NCBI GenBank assembly: GCA_963792965.1
Contig: CAWBYW010000030.1
Coordinates: forward strand, 81,452-145,451
Reading direction: 5' to 3'
DNA: 64,000 nucleotides
From: an uncultured delta proteobacterium
GTDB taxonomy: Bacteria > Desulfobacterota > Zymogenia > Zymogenales > Zymogenaceae
The notes under the pieces are model-generated. The model saw only the letters and a program-made list of their open reading frames with translations, searched no databases and was not told the origin of the DNA. Made by a program: the position numbers and the translations under genes. Below, piece after piece: positions 44,986 to 55,114 of the stretch (positions within the stretch are counted from its first letter, which is position 1; each line of letters starts with the position of its first letter).

Positions 44986-46110
44986 ATGATCGGAAGAGTT
45001 CTTGGGTGCGTACTGACCGTATGCGCGATCATCTTACTCTATGCGTCGGGAGGGAGCGCCCAGCCCGACAATCCATATGCGGAGATACAGCCGCTGCTTG
45101 ACGAAAAGACCGCCGTCCTCGTCTACGATACACCCTCCATGAAGGTCGACGTCATCAGAAGTGGCTCCGTCGTCACGAGGGAGCTTCTCAAGACGGAGGA
45201 GCCCGTCGAGGTGAAGCTCGACTTCTTCACGGACATCCTTGAATCGCTCAACGCCATGACCCCTTACCAGAACGAATCCGCCGAGCTCTATACGATCCTG
45301 ATCGCGCCGGTCGTCGGCGATCTCTCGGGCATCACTCGGCTCGGGATCATTCCCGGCAGGACCCTCTCGGGCCTCACGTTTGCCGCCCTCGTCGGCAAGA
45401 AAGACCCAAAGCGGCCGCGATTCCTGATCGATGATTTTGCCCTCTTTTACGCGCCCTCGCTTGCCCTCATGAAGCAGGCGCTAACGACCGACAAATCCGC
45501 GCTTGTGGGCGGCATCGTCATGGGCAACGCCAAATATCCCGCGGGCTGGGGCGCACTCAAGATGGCGCCCATGGAGATGAGCGATGTGACGTCCTTTGTG
45601 CCCGGGTCGGTGATGTTTGATGGTGCGGCGGCCGGTGAATCAGCGCTCAAGAGCAAGCTTGCCGAGGGACCGATCTCGGTCCTGCACCTGACCACCCATT
45701 GCTCCATCAGGCCCGGCTCGGATGATGAATCAAAGATACTCCTCTCCGGGGGTGGTGGAGACGACGGCAACCTGACCGTGTCCGAGGTCTCGTCCATGAA
45801 GATGGACGTCGATCTCGTGACGATCTCGGCCGATCGCGCAGGTGTGACGTGGGGAACGTCATACGGTTTCCCGGGAGCCTTTCTGTCCGCGGGGGCGGCC
45901 TCCGTGCTTGCGCCGATCGGAAAGATCGACAGAGGGATGACGGCAAACCTTATGAACTTCTTCTACACGAATCTCCCCACCAACGACAAGGCCGAGGCAT
46001 TGAGGCGTGCCCAGCTGATGATTGTTGACTTCGAGAAGAATCTCGGACGGTACCGGTTTGCACACCCCGGCTTCTGGGCTTCCTTCGTCCTTTACGGGAG
46101 CTATAGATAG
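44986..46110 (+). CDS. exported CHAT-domain protein, catalytic Cys absent
   Basis: Signal peptide; ELY..LIAP, LHLTTH, DGNLTVSEV, LVTISAD, AFLSAGA, AEALRRAQL, HPGFWASFVLYG. Confidence 0.85.
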   Translation: MIGRVLGCVLTVCAIILLYASGGSAQPDNPYAEIQPLLDEKTAVLVYDTPSMKVDVIRSGSVVTRELLKTEEPVEVKLDFFTDILESLNAMTPYQNESAELYTILIAPVVGDLSGITRLGIIPGRTLSGLTFAALVGKKDPKRPRFLIDDFALFYAPSLALMKQALTTDKSALVGGIVMGNAKYPAGWGALKMAPMEMSDVTSFVPGSVMFDGAAAGESALKSKLAEGPISVLHLTTHCSIRPGSDDESKILLSGGGGDDGNLTVSEVSSMKMDVDLVTISADRAGVTWGTSYGFPGAFLSAGAASVLAPIGKIDRGMTANLMNFFYTNLPTNDKAEALRRAQLMIVDFEKNLGRYRFAHPGFWASFVLYGSYR

Positions 46111-46244
46111 GCCTTCGTGCCGAACGGTCGCGACGGGCGCGATCTATGTCGAGTCTTTTCGACGGGCAACGTTTATGGTGTCTCTTTTCTCACCGGTGGC
46201 CCCCGGGAAATCAGGTTTCCCCGGGGCGATACTGGAGGTAAACG

Positions 46245-47216
46245 ATTAAGGCCTTAGTAACCGGAGCCGGATCATTTGTAGCCAGGAGCCTGATCTACAG
46301 GCTTCTGTGCCTCGGTTTCTCCGTAAGGGGTTTCGACGTGGTCCCCGTCGATGACCCCATAAGCGACGTGGAGTATCTGTCGGGCGACGTTACGAGGGCC
46401 GGGCTTCTCTCGGAGATGGCACACGGGGTGGACCACATCTTTCACCTCCTCAGAATATCTCCGAAAGAAGCGCACAAAAAGACGAGGGGCGTCTCACCGG
46501 GCCTTGCCGCGGCCATCAAGCTTATCACCCTTGCCGAAAGCCTCTCGGTGAAGAGCTTTGTCTACCTGTCGGGCGCCCAAGTCTACGGCACTCCCAAGGA
46601 AACGCTCATCGACGAAACGGACAGGCGTCGTCCCATCAGCCCTCTCGGCAAAGAATACCTCTCGATTGAAAACTACCTCATCGAGGCGGGCGCCCAGCGG
46701 GACATCACCGTCGTGATCCTGAGGTCGGCCCCGGTCATCGGATGGGGTACGCCGGAAAGCCTCTTCCCGAGCCTTTTTCACTCTTTCAAGAACGCCCTCG
46801 TGGGCCGGCCGCTCTATATAATCGGCCGTGGGCGTCGCCTGGTGCAGTATATTGATGTCGAAGACCTCGCCTCCGCGATGGTGCGGGTCGTCAGGGCGCC
46901 GCGGGCGGGCGGCCTTATCCTCAACGTCGCGGCCGAGGATGTCATCACTCAGCGCGAGCTTTCCGATTTTATCTTCGAGTCATTTGGAAGTGCGTCTCAG
47001 CTGGTTACCCTCCCCGAGGCCGTGCTCCCGGCCCTGGGCGTCATGAAGCGGCTGGGCGTTTATCCGATCGGAACGGACGCTCACTACCTCTTTTACCCCC
47101 AGACAATCATTGATCCCAGCCGGGCCAAAGAGCTCCTCTCTCTTACCCCCAAGAGAATCACCGAATCGCTCTCGGAGACGTTTGGGTACTGGATGGGAAC
47201 CCCCCAGACGGAATGA
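46245..47216 (+). CDS. NAD-dependent epimerase/dehydratase (extended SDR), ATT start
   Basis: The frame extends upstream of GTG 46338 to ATT-KALVTGAGSFVA; VYG, YIDVEDLA. Confidence 0.8.
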   Translation: MKALVTGAGSFVARSLIYRLLCLGFSVRGFDVVPVDDPISDVEYLSGDVTRAGLLSEMAHGVDHIFHLLRISPKEAHKKTRGVSPGLAAAIKLITLAESLSVKSFVYLSGAQVYGTPKETLIDETDRRRPISPLGKEYLSIENYLIEAGAQRDITVVILRSAPVIGWGTPESLFPSLFHSFKNALVGRPLYIIGRGRRLVQYIDVEDLASAMVRVVRAPRAGGLILNVAAEDVITQRELSDFIFESFGSASQLVTLPEAVLPALGVMKRLGVYPIGTDAHYLFYPQTIIDPSRAKELLSLTPKRITESLSETFGYWMGTPQTE

Positions 47217-47315
47217 GAGGTCGGCGGCCTTCCATGCATGCGCGGTGGATATGAGGATATCGTGCCGCTTAGGAGATCGCCGTCTTTGATTTCTAAACTC
47301 TGAGGCCTTTCCCCT

Positions 47316-47873
47316 CTATTTTTCCGTTTCCGCCTGCCATTCCTCCTTCATTATCCCGAAGAGCACCATATCCCGGTACTCCCCCCAGCGGAAGATGTGC
47401 CGGCGCTGCCGCCCTTCCTCTTTCATTCCGAGCTTTTCCATCACGTGGCCGGAGGCCGGGTTATCGGCGAAGTGGCCCGCGTGTATCCTCACCAGATCCA
47501 GCTCCCTAAATCCGTAAGCGAGCACCGCGCGCGCCGCCTCGGTCGCCAGGCCGCGCCCCCAATATTGTCTCCCGATCCAGTAGCCGAGCGCGGCATGCCG
47601 GTGCTCCCGGGCGATTGTGAGCCCGACCGACCCGACGAGCACGCCGGTCGCGGCCAGTGTCACGGCGAAGACCGCGGACTTACCTGACCGATATTCCCTC
47701 CGGTGGGCCGCGATCCACCGTTTGGCGTGGACCTCCTCGTACGGATGGGGAATCAGGAGGGTGTTTTTCGATATCTCCTCGTCGTCGGCCAGCCGAGCTA
47801 CCTCGGGGATGTCGGATTCCTCAAACGGCCTCAGCACCAATCGCTCGGTGGTGAGGGTAGGTTGTCTCTTCAT
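47316..47873 (-). CDS. RimJ/RimL-type GNAT acetyltransferase
   Basis: TERLVLRPF, LGYWIG..YWGRGLATEA, NPAS..VMEKLGM. Confidence 0.92.
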   Translation of the reverse strand: MKRQPTLTTERLVLRPFEESDIPEVARLADDEEISKNTLLIPHPYEEVHAKRWIAAHRREYRSGKSAVFAVTLAATGVLVGSVGLTIAREHRHAALGYWIGRQYWGRGLATEAARAVLAYGFRELDLVRIHAGHFADNPASGHVMEKLGMKEEGRQRRHIFRWGEYRDMVLFGIMKEEWQAETEK

Positions 47874-48118
47874 GTCCTGTCCTGTTGGCCGGTTGTTGGC
47901 ACATCTTGCTCTATTATCCCGTAAGTGAGAAAAAGGGCAAGCCTTTTGTCTCTCCGGGCGTTTGGCAGCCCGTAAGCTCAATGGAGCCCCTGGGGACGTG
48001 AGGGAGAGGATTGCCCGCGGGCCTCGGTATGCCCTCTTCCAAGGGTCGCCCAAAGGCGTGGCGCGGACGCGCCCGAAGGCCGCGTAACTTTTTTTACCGC
48101 AGAACAGAGACTTTTTTG

Positions 48119-48162
48119 TTGACAGAGGTCTAAATATAGTTCAATATGCTAAACATAGTTCA
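48119..48162 (+). promoter_or_regulatory. promoter with tandem operator-like repeats
   Basis: TTGACA followed by CTAAATATAGTTCA (48130-48143) and CTAAACATAGTTCA (48149-48162). Confidence 0.6.
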
Positions 48163-48337
48163 TCCTATGATACGGCAATTAATGTAAAACTCTCAATCCT
48201 TCCCTTTCATGAACGATATTTACATTCCGGTTGTCGCCAACCTCAGAGGTATCTCAGGTTTCGGGCAGCCCGGAAAGATGGTGCGGGTTCGGCTCAATGA
48301 CCATTGTCGGATATTGTGGATAGAAGGAGGCCTGGAA

Positions 48338-49381
48338 ATGTACACGGGAAAGGATATCCTATTTGGGTGCTCGTACATGCCGGAGGAGGTGGTGTCGGCG
48401 GCGGGGCTTCGTCCGGTGCGCCTGTTTCCACGCGCTCGCCCGTCGGACGCGGATGCCCACATCCACCCGACGACCTGCCCGTATATCAGGAGCATCATGT
48501 CCGCGGGGATTACCGGCATCGCCGCGGGGGCGGGCGGGATGGTGGTTGTCAACTCATGTGACGGGATGAGGAGGCTCTATGATGCGTGGGCCCACTCGGT
48601 GAAGAATGTCCCTGTCGTCTTTCTCGACGTGCCTCAGAAACGGGACTCGGATGCCGTCGATCTCTTCGCCGCCCAGATAGAGCGGTTCAGCCGGCAGATC
48701 GAGCACGATTTTGGCGGCTCGCGGCCCTCCGGGGATACGGTGGAGCGGGAGATCGTCAAGAAAAATGCGGTGCGTCGGAAAATGATGGAGCTCTTTCGGC
48801 TCCAGAGAGAGGGCGGCCCGGCCGTCAGTGGAAGCGCCGTTTTTTCCCTCCTCACGGACGTGGCAGCCGGAGATCCGGAGATAGCCGCCGACAGGATCGA
48901 CAGTCTTATCGCCGGACCCGGTCGGGAGACAACCACCGGTGTAAAGAGGCGGATCGTCGTCTCCGCAAACGTCATGGATCGGCCCGATCTTATCGAGATC
49001 ATCGAGCGCAACGGAGCCTCGGTCGTCGCGCTGGATATATGCATCGGCCAGCGAAGCTACGAAACTCCGGTGGCCGAGGGCACGGCCGATCCTGTCCGCG
49101 CCATCGCCGAGCGCTACCTGACGCGGCCTCCCTGCTCACGGATGGACGGAATGGATGACCGGATTAACTACTTGGTGGACCTCGCCCGTGCTTCCCGCGC
49201 CGACGGCGTTATATTGACCACGGTGAAATACTGCGACTCGTGGCTCTACGAGCTGCCATTCCTGAAGGAGCGCCTGGAAGGCGCGGGCCTGCGCGTGCTG
49301 GTCCTTGAAAACGACTACGAGTGGTCGGGACTTGGCCAGATGAGGACACGCCTCGAGGCATTTCTGGAGACCCTGCGATAG
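48338..49381 (+). CDS. 2-hydroxyacyl-CoA dehydratase / benzoyl-CoA reductase family subunit (beta-like)
   Basis: CSYMPEEVVSAAG, CPYIR, NSCDGMRR, KYCD, QMRTRLEAFLE; AGGAGG SD before ATG 48338. Confidence 0.88.
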   Translation: MYTGKDILFGCSYMPEEVVSAAGLRPVRLFPRARPSDADAHIHPTTCPYIRSIMSAGITGIAAGAGGMVVVNSCDGMRRLYDAWAHSVKNVPVVFLDVPQKRDSDAVDLFAAQIERFSRQIEHDFGGSRPSGDTVEREIVKKNAVRRKMMELFRLQREGGPAVSGSAVFSLLTDVAAGDPEIAADRIDSLIAGPGRETTTGVKRRIVVSANVMDRPDLIEIIERNGASVVALDICIGQRSYETPVAEGTADPVRAIAERYLTRPPCSRMDGMDDRINYLVDLARASRADGVILTTVKYCDSWLYELPFLKERLEGAGLRVLVLENDYEWSGLGQMRTRLEAFLETLR

Positions 49382-49391
49382 GAGGGAATAT

Positions 49392-50591
49392 ATGCTGAAG
49401 ACGATTCTTACCGAAATGAAGCGGCGCGCCCAGAACGTGCTGGCAAAAAAGGAGGACGCCGGGGCCCGCTGGAGTTCGGCGTGGGCCGACCTCCTCCTGG
49501 AGGCCTTCGAGGGGAAAAAACCGGTGGTTTACAGCTCATTTTACTCCTTTCCGACGGAGATACTTCACGCAGCGGGCGTTGTCCCATTCGATTTCGAGTT
49601 GGCCTCCTCTATGCTCGGGTTTCTCGATGTCAACGGTGACCTGCTGGCAGAAGCCGAGAATCGCGGATTCTCGACGGACATCTGTTCCGTCCACAGGGCG
49701 TCCCTCGGTTCGTACCTGAGGGGCTATCTTCCCAAACCCGATCTCCTGGTCACGACGTCCTTCTACTGCGGCGGCAAGGCCAAGACCAACGAGGTTTTCT
49801 CGCGTATTACAGGTGTGCCCGCCTCTTTTCTCTGGGTGCCCCAGGAGATAACCTCGGAATCGGTACGCTACGTGGAAAAGCAGCTGCGCCAGATAGCCGG
49901 CCGGATCGCGGAGCTTACCGGGCGCCCCTTCGACGAGGATCGTCTGGTTGAGGCGGCCAGGCATTCCAACAGGGCGCTCGATGCTCAACGCGAGCTTCTC
50001 TCTCTTCTCGCGCACCGCCCCGCCCCGTGGGGAGGCGATCAGCTATTTAACTACTCGTTCTTTTCCCATATGTACGACGGATCTCCGATACAGGCCGATA
50101 TCCATAGAGGTTTCGTCAGCAAGCTCCGCGCGCGGATCGAGGCCGGGAAACTCCGAGAAGAAAGGCACCGGGCCTTCTGGTATGCCTGGGCGCCGGCCTA
50201 CAAGAATACGATCTTCGATACCCTCACCCGGCACGGCGTCTCGGTGCCCGTTTGTGAGACATTTCTGATCCATTGGGACCCGATCGATGAGACCAGGCCC
50301 TTCGAAGGGCTCGCCCTCAAGTGCCTGAGGAATCCCTTTATCGGTCGGGTTGACAGGAGAATCGGGCTCCTCGATACGGTCGTGGACGAATTCGGCATCG
50401 ACTCCGCAATACTCCTGGCCACACCGGCCTGCCGGCACTCGAAGGGAAACTGGGCGATCATGCGTGAGGCCTGTTCGCGACGTGGTATCCCCCTGCTGGT
50501 GCTTGACGTGGATATGGCCGACCCGAGGACCTGGGCCGATGAGCAGACCCAAGGGAGGCTGGAGGGATTCGTGGAGATGCTGGATGGATGA
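49392..50591 (+). CDS. 2-hydroxyacyl-CoA dehydratase family subunit (alpha-like), paralog 1
   Basis: AENRGFSTDICS, PKPDLLV...C, ACRH, DMADPR, RLEGFVE. Confidence 0.88.
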   Translation: MLKTILTEMKRRAQNVLAKKEDAGARWSSAWADLLLEAFEGKKPVVYSSFYSFPTEILHAAGVVPFDFELASSMLGFLDVNGDLLAEAENRGFSTDICSVHRASLGSYLRGYLPKPDLLVTTSFYCGGKAKTNEVFSRITGVPASFLWVPQEITSESVRYVEKQLRQIAGRIAELTGRPFDEDRLVEAARHSNRALDAQRELLSLLAHRPAPWGGDQLFNYSFFSHMYDGSPIQADIHRGFVSKLRARIEAGKLREERHRAFWYAWAPAYKNTIFDTLTRHGVSVPVCETFLIHWDPIDETRPFEGLALKCLRNPFIGRVDRRIGLLDTVVDEFGIDSAILLATPACRHSKGNWAIMREACSRRGIPLLVLDVDMADPRTWADEQTQGRLEGFVEMLDG

Positions 50592-50676
50592 GGCGCTGCG
50601 CATAGTGATACTGTGCCGGGCCACACTCATCACGCGGACGGACGTATTTTTTAAGATAATCGCCCGGAGGAGGTAG

Positions 50677-51897
50677 GTGATGTTCAAGATGATGCTCACC
50701 GAGATGAAGCGTCAGGCGACGGCGGCGCTCTCCGAGAAACGGGACGCCCGGGCGCTCTGGTTCAGTGAATGGGCCGGGCTCTTCCTGAACGCCTACGGAG
50801 CGGAGAGGCCGGTCGTCTATACGTCGTTTTACGCCTTTCCCATGGAGATCCTCCATGCGTGCGATATTGCCCCTTTCGACTTCGAGCTGGCTTCCTCCAT
50901 GCTCGTCACGCTCGATATTGGCCCGGATCTCATCAAGGAGGCCGAGGACCGGGGGTATTCTCCCGACATCTGCTCGTTTCATCGGGCGTCCGTTGCATCC
51001 TATTTCCGGGGCTACTTCCCGAGGCCGGATCTTTTGATCACGACCTCTTTTTATTGCGACGGTAAGTCCAAGACCAGCGAGATACTCGCGTCCCTCTACG
51101 GGAAACCCCACTGCCTGTTGTCCGTCCCACATGAGATAACGGCCGAGTCGGTCCGGTATGTCGAAAGACAGCTCAGGGACATCGCAAAAAAGATCGCCGC
51201 GCTCACGGGCCGGCCGTTTGATGAGGATCGGCTGCGGGAGGCCGTGCGAAACTCGAACCGCGCGCGCACGGCACACGGTGCGTTTCTGGACGTCCTCAAG
51301 CACCGGCCCAGTCCGTGGGGGGGCAATCAGCTCGTCAACTACTCGATTTTTTCCCGGATGCTGGACGGATCGCCCGTCCAAGCCGAGATCCACGAGGGGT
51401 TCGTAGACAAGTTCCAGGAACGGATCACATCCAAAAAGCTGCGGCCGGAACGCCACCGCCTCTTCTGGTACGCCTGGGTGCCGGCGTATAAAAACGCGAT
51501 CTTCGATATCCTCATGCAACACGAGGTCGCGATACCCGTGTGTGAGACATTCTTAATCCACTGGGATGAGATCGATGAGAAGCGTCCCTTCGAGGGGCTT
51601 GCCCTCAAGTGCCTGAAAGACCCGTTCATCGGCCGGACAGAGAGGAGGACCGATATCCTCGATACAGTCGTCGAACCGTTCGGCATCGACGGGGCGCTCC
51701 TCTTTGCTACCCCCGCCTGCCGGCACTCGAAGGGGAACTCGGCGTTGCTGAAAGACGCCTGCGCGCGCCACGGCATTCCCCTTCTCGTGCTTGACATGGA
51801 CATCGGCGACCCCCGTGGCTATTCGGAACAGCAGTCCAGGACGAGGCTTGAGGGCTTCATCGAATCGCTGGACTCACGACATAGCTCGGAGGGATAA
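50677..51897 (+). CDS. 2-hydroxyacyl-CoA dehydratase family subunit (alpha-like), paralog 2
   Basis: AEDRGYSPDICS, PRPDLLI...CDGK, ACRH, DIGDPR, TRLEGFIE. Confidence 0.88.
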   Translation: MMFKMMLTEMKRQATAALSEKRDARALWFSEWAGLFLNAYGAERPVVYTSFYAFPMEILHACDIAPFDFELASSMLVTLDIGPDLIKEAEDRGYSPDICSFHRASVASYFRGYFPRPDLLITTSFYCDGKSKTSEILASLYGKPHCLLSVPHEITAESVRYVERQLRDIAKKIAALTGRPFDEDRLREAVRNSNRARTAHGAFLDVLKHRPSPWGGNQLVNYSIFSRMLDGSPVQAEIHEGFVDKFQERITSKKLRPERHRLFWYAWVPAYKNAIFDILMQHEVAIPVCETFLIHWDEIDEKRPFEGLALKCLKDPFIGRTERRTDILDTVVEPFGIDGALLFATPACRHSKGNSALLKDACARHGIPLLVLDMDIGDPRGYSEQQSRTRLEGFIESLDSRHSSEG

Positions 51898-52001
51898 ATC
51901 ACGGGATATCTTCTGACCCAGCGGGCGACAGATAGGCAATAGACACGCCCCATTTTCGTCTGTATAGGCATCGGCGATAGACTCTAATTGCGGAGGTGAC
52001 C

Positions 52002-52504
52002 ATGAGAACGGTTGAGGGAAGGGAGCTGAAAGAGCTCCTCATCAAGAACTGGATGACCCACGACGCCATGTGGCTCTACCAGTGTGTCCAGCACTTCGGC
52101 ATGGAGAAGACCAACGTCGTCAACAAGGCGGCGGTGCGCTCCATGGGCGCGATCGAGGGAAAGCGCCTGAAAAAGGCCCTCGGGGTCGAGCGCATCGAGA
52201 CGTTCGAGGAGTTCAGGGAATTTTTCGTCGGGGCGATGGATATCGTGATCAGCGATTTCATGAAGTCGTCGTTTACCTTCCCGGCGCACAATCGCGTCCA
52301 GGTGAATGGAAGCGCTGCTTTGCCTACGAGGGCATGAAGAAATACGGCATGATCGACCAGTATCAGTGCGGCATCATGGACCGGGTGGAGGGGTGGTTCG
52401 ACGGCCTCGGGATACCCTATACGGTGACTCCAAAGGTCGACGGGTGCATGATGCACACCGAGGGGAGGTGCTATCGGGATTATCGGTTCGAGTTCACAGA
52501 ATAA
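52002..52504 (+). CDS. DUF6125-like protein (frameshift ~52305)
   Basis: KNWMTHDAMW...KRLKKALG, then CFAY...YQCG...GCM....C in the next frame. Confidence 0.65.
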
Positions 52505-52527
52505 TATAATAAACGGAGGAGGAAATC

Positions 52528-52962
52528 ATGGAAATCGGTCAGGAAATCTGGGATATGGTCCAGAAACACCTCGGCTATACGGACGAGGAGATGAAGCTTT
52601 TCCGTGCGGACCCGAAAAATGAGCACGTCATGAAGCTCTCGCCGGCGCTCATGAATAAGACCATCGTCTTCGAGGTAGTCTCATCGCATGGATGCAACAG
52701 CCAGCATAAGGTCGGCGACAAGTTCTATCTGGACGGCGCGGGCAATCTCATCACAAAGCTCAACCCGAAAAAGATCTGCGTCTACGCCCTCAACGTTATG
52801 GCGCTTCCGGTGTTTGCCATGAACGAGCTCTTTTACGCCGGGGTCGATCCAAACGAGATGCGGTTCAAGCGGGGCTCCTGCTTCGACGTGGGGGTGCGCT
52901 GCGGGGGCTGGGGTCAGATCGTCATGGAGATGCGGGTCGAGGATCGCAAGAAGACCGTCTGA
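52528..52962 (+). CDS. small Cys/His protein, TIGR04076-like
   Basis: EVV...GCNSQHKVGDKF, ICVYAL, SCFD; GGAGG SD. Confidence 0.65.
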   Translation: MEIGQEIWDMVQKHLGYTDEEMKLFRADPKNEHVMKLSPALMNKTIVFEVVSSHGCNSQHKVGDKFYLDGAGNLITKLNPKKICVYALNVMALPVFAMNELFYAGVDPNEMRFKRGSCFDVGVRCGGWGQIVMEMRVEDRKKTV

Positions 52963-53144
52963 GGTCGGCCGCCGCCCATCTCGATGCGTCCCGTGACGAT
53001 GGTGCGTCGTTGTGCTTTTACAGAGAGCATGATAATATATATAATCGTATATAGACACGGTGTGCCCCGAGAACAGGTGTGATTTTGTTTGACACCTGGG
53101 GACCCACCCACTATCCACAGCGTGGAATTATTAAGGAGGACACG

Positions 53145-55010
53145 ATGGCTAACTATCTCGTGGATGAGCGGGACCAGAAGTTTGTCCTCTTCGAGCAGCT
53201 GAAGATGGACGAGCTGACGAAGTTCCCGAGGTATGCGGACTTCTCGCGGGAGATATTCGACATGACCCTCGAGGAGGCCAAAAAGTTCGCGGTGGAAGTG
53301 CTGGAGCCGACCGTTGAGGCCGGAGAGAAGGAGGGGTGTACCCTCGTTGACGGGCAGGTCCACGTACCCCCGTCCTATCACGAGGCCTACCGCCGCTTCA
53401 AGGAAGGTGGATGGATCTCCATGGCGCAAAGCCCCGATGTGGGGGGGCAGGGGATGCCCTATGTCCTCTACGTCGCCACGCGGGAATATTTCAACTGCAA
53501 CTGCGCCTTTAACGCCTATCCCGGCCTCGCGGAAGGGGCGGCGCACCTGATTGCCACCTTCGGCACGGACAAACAGAAGTCGAAATACCTCGACAAGCTC
53601 CTTTCCGGCCGGTGGGGGGGCACCATGGTCCTCACCGAGCCGAACGCCGGCTCCGACGTGGGCGCGCTGTCTACCACCGCCAAGAAGAATGCTGACGGCT
53701 CTTATTCTATCACGGGCACCAAGATCTTCATCACCGGCGGCGATCAGGACCTCACCGAGAACATCCTCCATCCGGTCCTGGCCAGGATCGAGGGTGGGCC
53801 GGCGGGCACGAAAGGCATTTCTCTCTTCCTGGTGCCGAAGTTCCTCGTCAAGGATGACGGAGGCCTAGGCCCCCGAAACGACTATACTATCGACGGCCTG
53901 GAGAAGAAAATGGGGTTCAAGGGCTCGTCCACCTGCCTCATGAACTTCGGCGACAACGGCAAGTGCTACGGCGAGCTCCTGGGCGAAGAAAACCAGGGGA
54001 TGCGCATCATGTTCGTCATGATGAACGAGGCGCGTATCGCCGTGGGCATCATGGGGCTCGCGGCGGCCTCCCGCTCCTACCTCTATTCGGTCAAATATGC
54101 AAGGGAGCGGCTCCAGGGGTCGAGCCTGGCCAACTTCCGGGATCCGACGGCCCCGCGCGTGCCGATCATCAACCATCCGGATGTCCGCAGGATGCTCCTC
54201 TGGATGAAGTCGATCGTCGAGGGCCTGAGGGCCGTAATCTACTACGCCGCCTACTGCGAGGACCGCTCCCGGGCGGCCGAAGCGGAAGAAGAGCGAGAAA
54301 AGTGGCACGGGTTTGTGGAGCTGCTTACTCCGGTGGTCAAGTCCTACGGCTCGGACATGGGCTTTTTTGTGGCCAATCAGGGCGTCCAGGTTTACGGGGG
54401 CTACGGGTACATATCGGACTATCCGATGGAGCAGATTCTGCGGGATTCCCGGATCGCCCCGCTCTTCGAGGGGACCAACGGGATCCAGGCGCTGGACCTC
54501 GTGGCGCGAAAGCTCGGGCAGAAGAAGGGGAAATATCTCGCCGATTTCATCGACGAGATGAACCGCATCGTAACGGAGAACGCAAAAGACAAGAAGCTGG
54601 CGGATCTTATCAAGAAGCTGAAGTCCGGAATCGATCTCCTTTCCGATCTGGCCGCCTTCTTCGCCCAGTGCTCCGTCCAGGGGAAATTCCTGGTCCCGAT
54701 CGGGAACGCCTATCCCTTCCTGAACCTCATGGCGACCGTCGTATCGTCATGGATGCTCGTCTGGCAGGCGACCATCGCCCAAAAGAAGCTCGACGGCATC
54801 GTGAAGGAGCACGGGGTCGACCCCAATAATTGGGAGCAGTGGGCGCGCCTGCTGGCCGAAAACCCCGAAGCCTCGTTTCTGGCCGGTAAGATAACGACGG
54901 CGAAATTTTACCTCAACCATGTCTTGCCGGAGGCCCAGGCGATCGCCACGGCCATACGCTCGGAAGATATGTCGATCATGGAGATGGCGGAAAGCTCGTT
55001 CGCCTCGTAG
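53145..55010 (+). CDS. long acyl-CoA dehydrogenase
   Basis: GTMVLTEPNAGSD, GTKIFIT, GISLFLVPK, MMNEAR, YGGYGY, EGTNGIQALDL. Confidence 0.95.
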   Translation: MANYLVDERDQKFVLFEQLKMDELTKFPRYADFSREIFDMTLEEAKKFAVEVLEPTVEAGEKEGCTLVDGQVHVPPSYHEAYRRFKEGGWISMAQSPDVGGQGMPYVLYVATREYFNCNCAFNAYPGLAEGAAHLIATFGTDKQKSKYLDKLLSGRWGGTMVLTEPNAGSDVGALSTTAKKNADGSYSITGTKIFITGGDQDLTENILHPVLARIEGGPAGTKGISLFLVPKFLVKDDGGLGPRNDYTIDGLEKKMGFKGSSTCLMNFGDNGKCYGELLGEENQGMRIMFVMMNEARIAVGIMGLAAASRSYLYSVKYARERLQGSSLANFRDPTAPRVPIINHPDVRRMLLWMKSIVEGLRAVIYYAAYCEDRSRAAEAEEEREKWHGFVELLTPVVKSYGSDMGFFVANQGVQVYGGYGYISDYPMEQILRDSRIAPLFEGTNGIQALDLVARKLGQKKGKYLADFIDEMNRIVTENAKDKKLADLIKKLKSGIDLLSDLAAFFAQCSVQGKFLVPIGNAYPFLNLMATVVSSWMLVWQATIAQKKLDGIVKEHGVDPNNWEQWARLLAENPEASFLAGKITTAKFYLNHVLPEAQAIATAIRSEDMSIMEMAESSFAS

Positions 55011-55114
55011 CGCCTGCCGTCCGGTCGCGTCGATCGCTGCGGACATCGCTCACGATGATTGAGGCCGGCCGACGAAACAATCCATGGGCAGCCCATCGGG
55101 ACGCCCGGTTTTGT

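Noticed and set aside
48338-51897. Class I benzoyl-CoA reductase
   Set aside because: There are no BcrA/BcrD ATPase subunits or ring-cleavage genes, so only a family-level call is supported.
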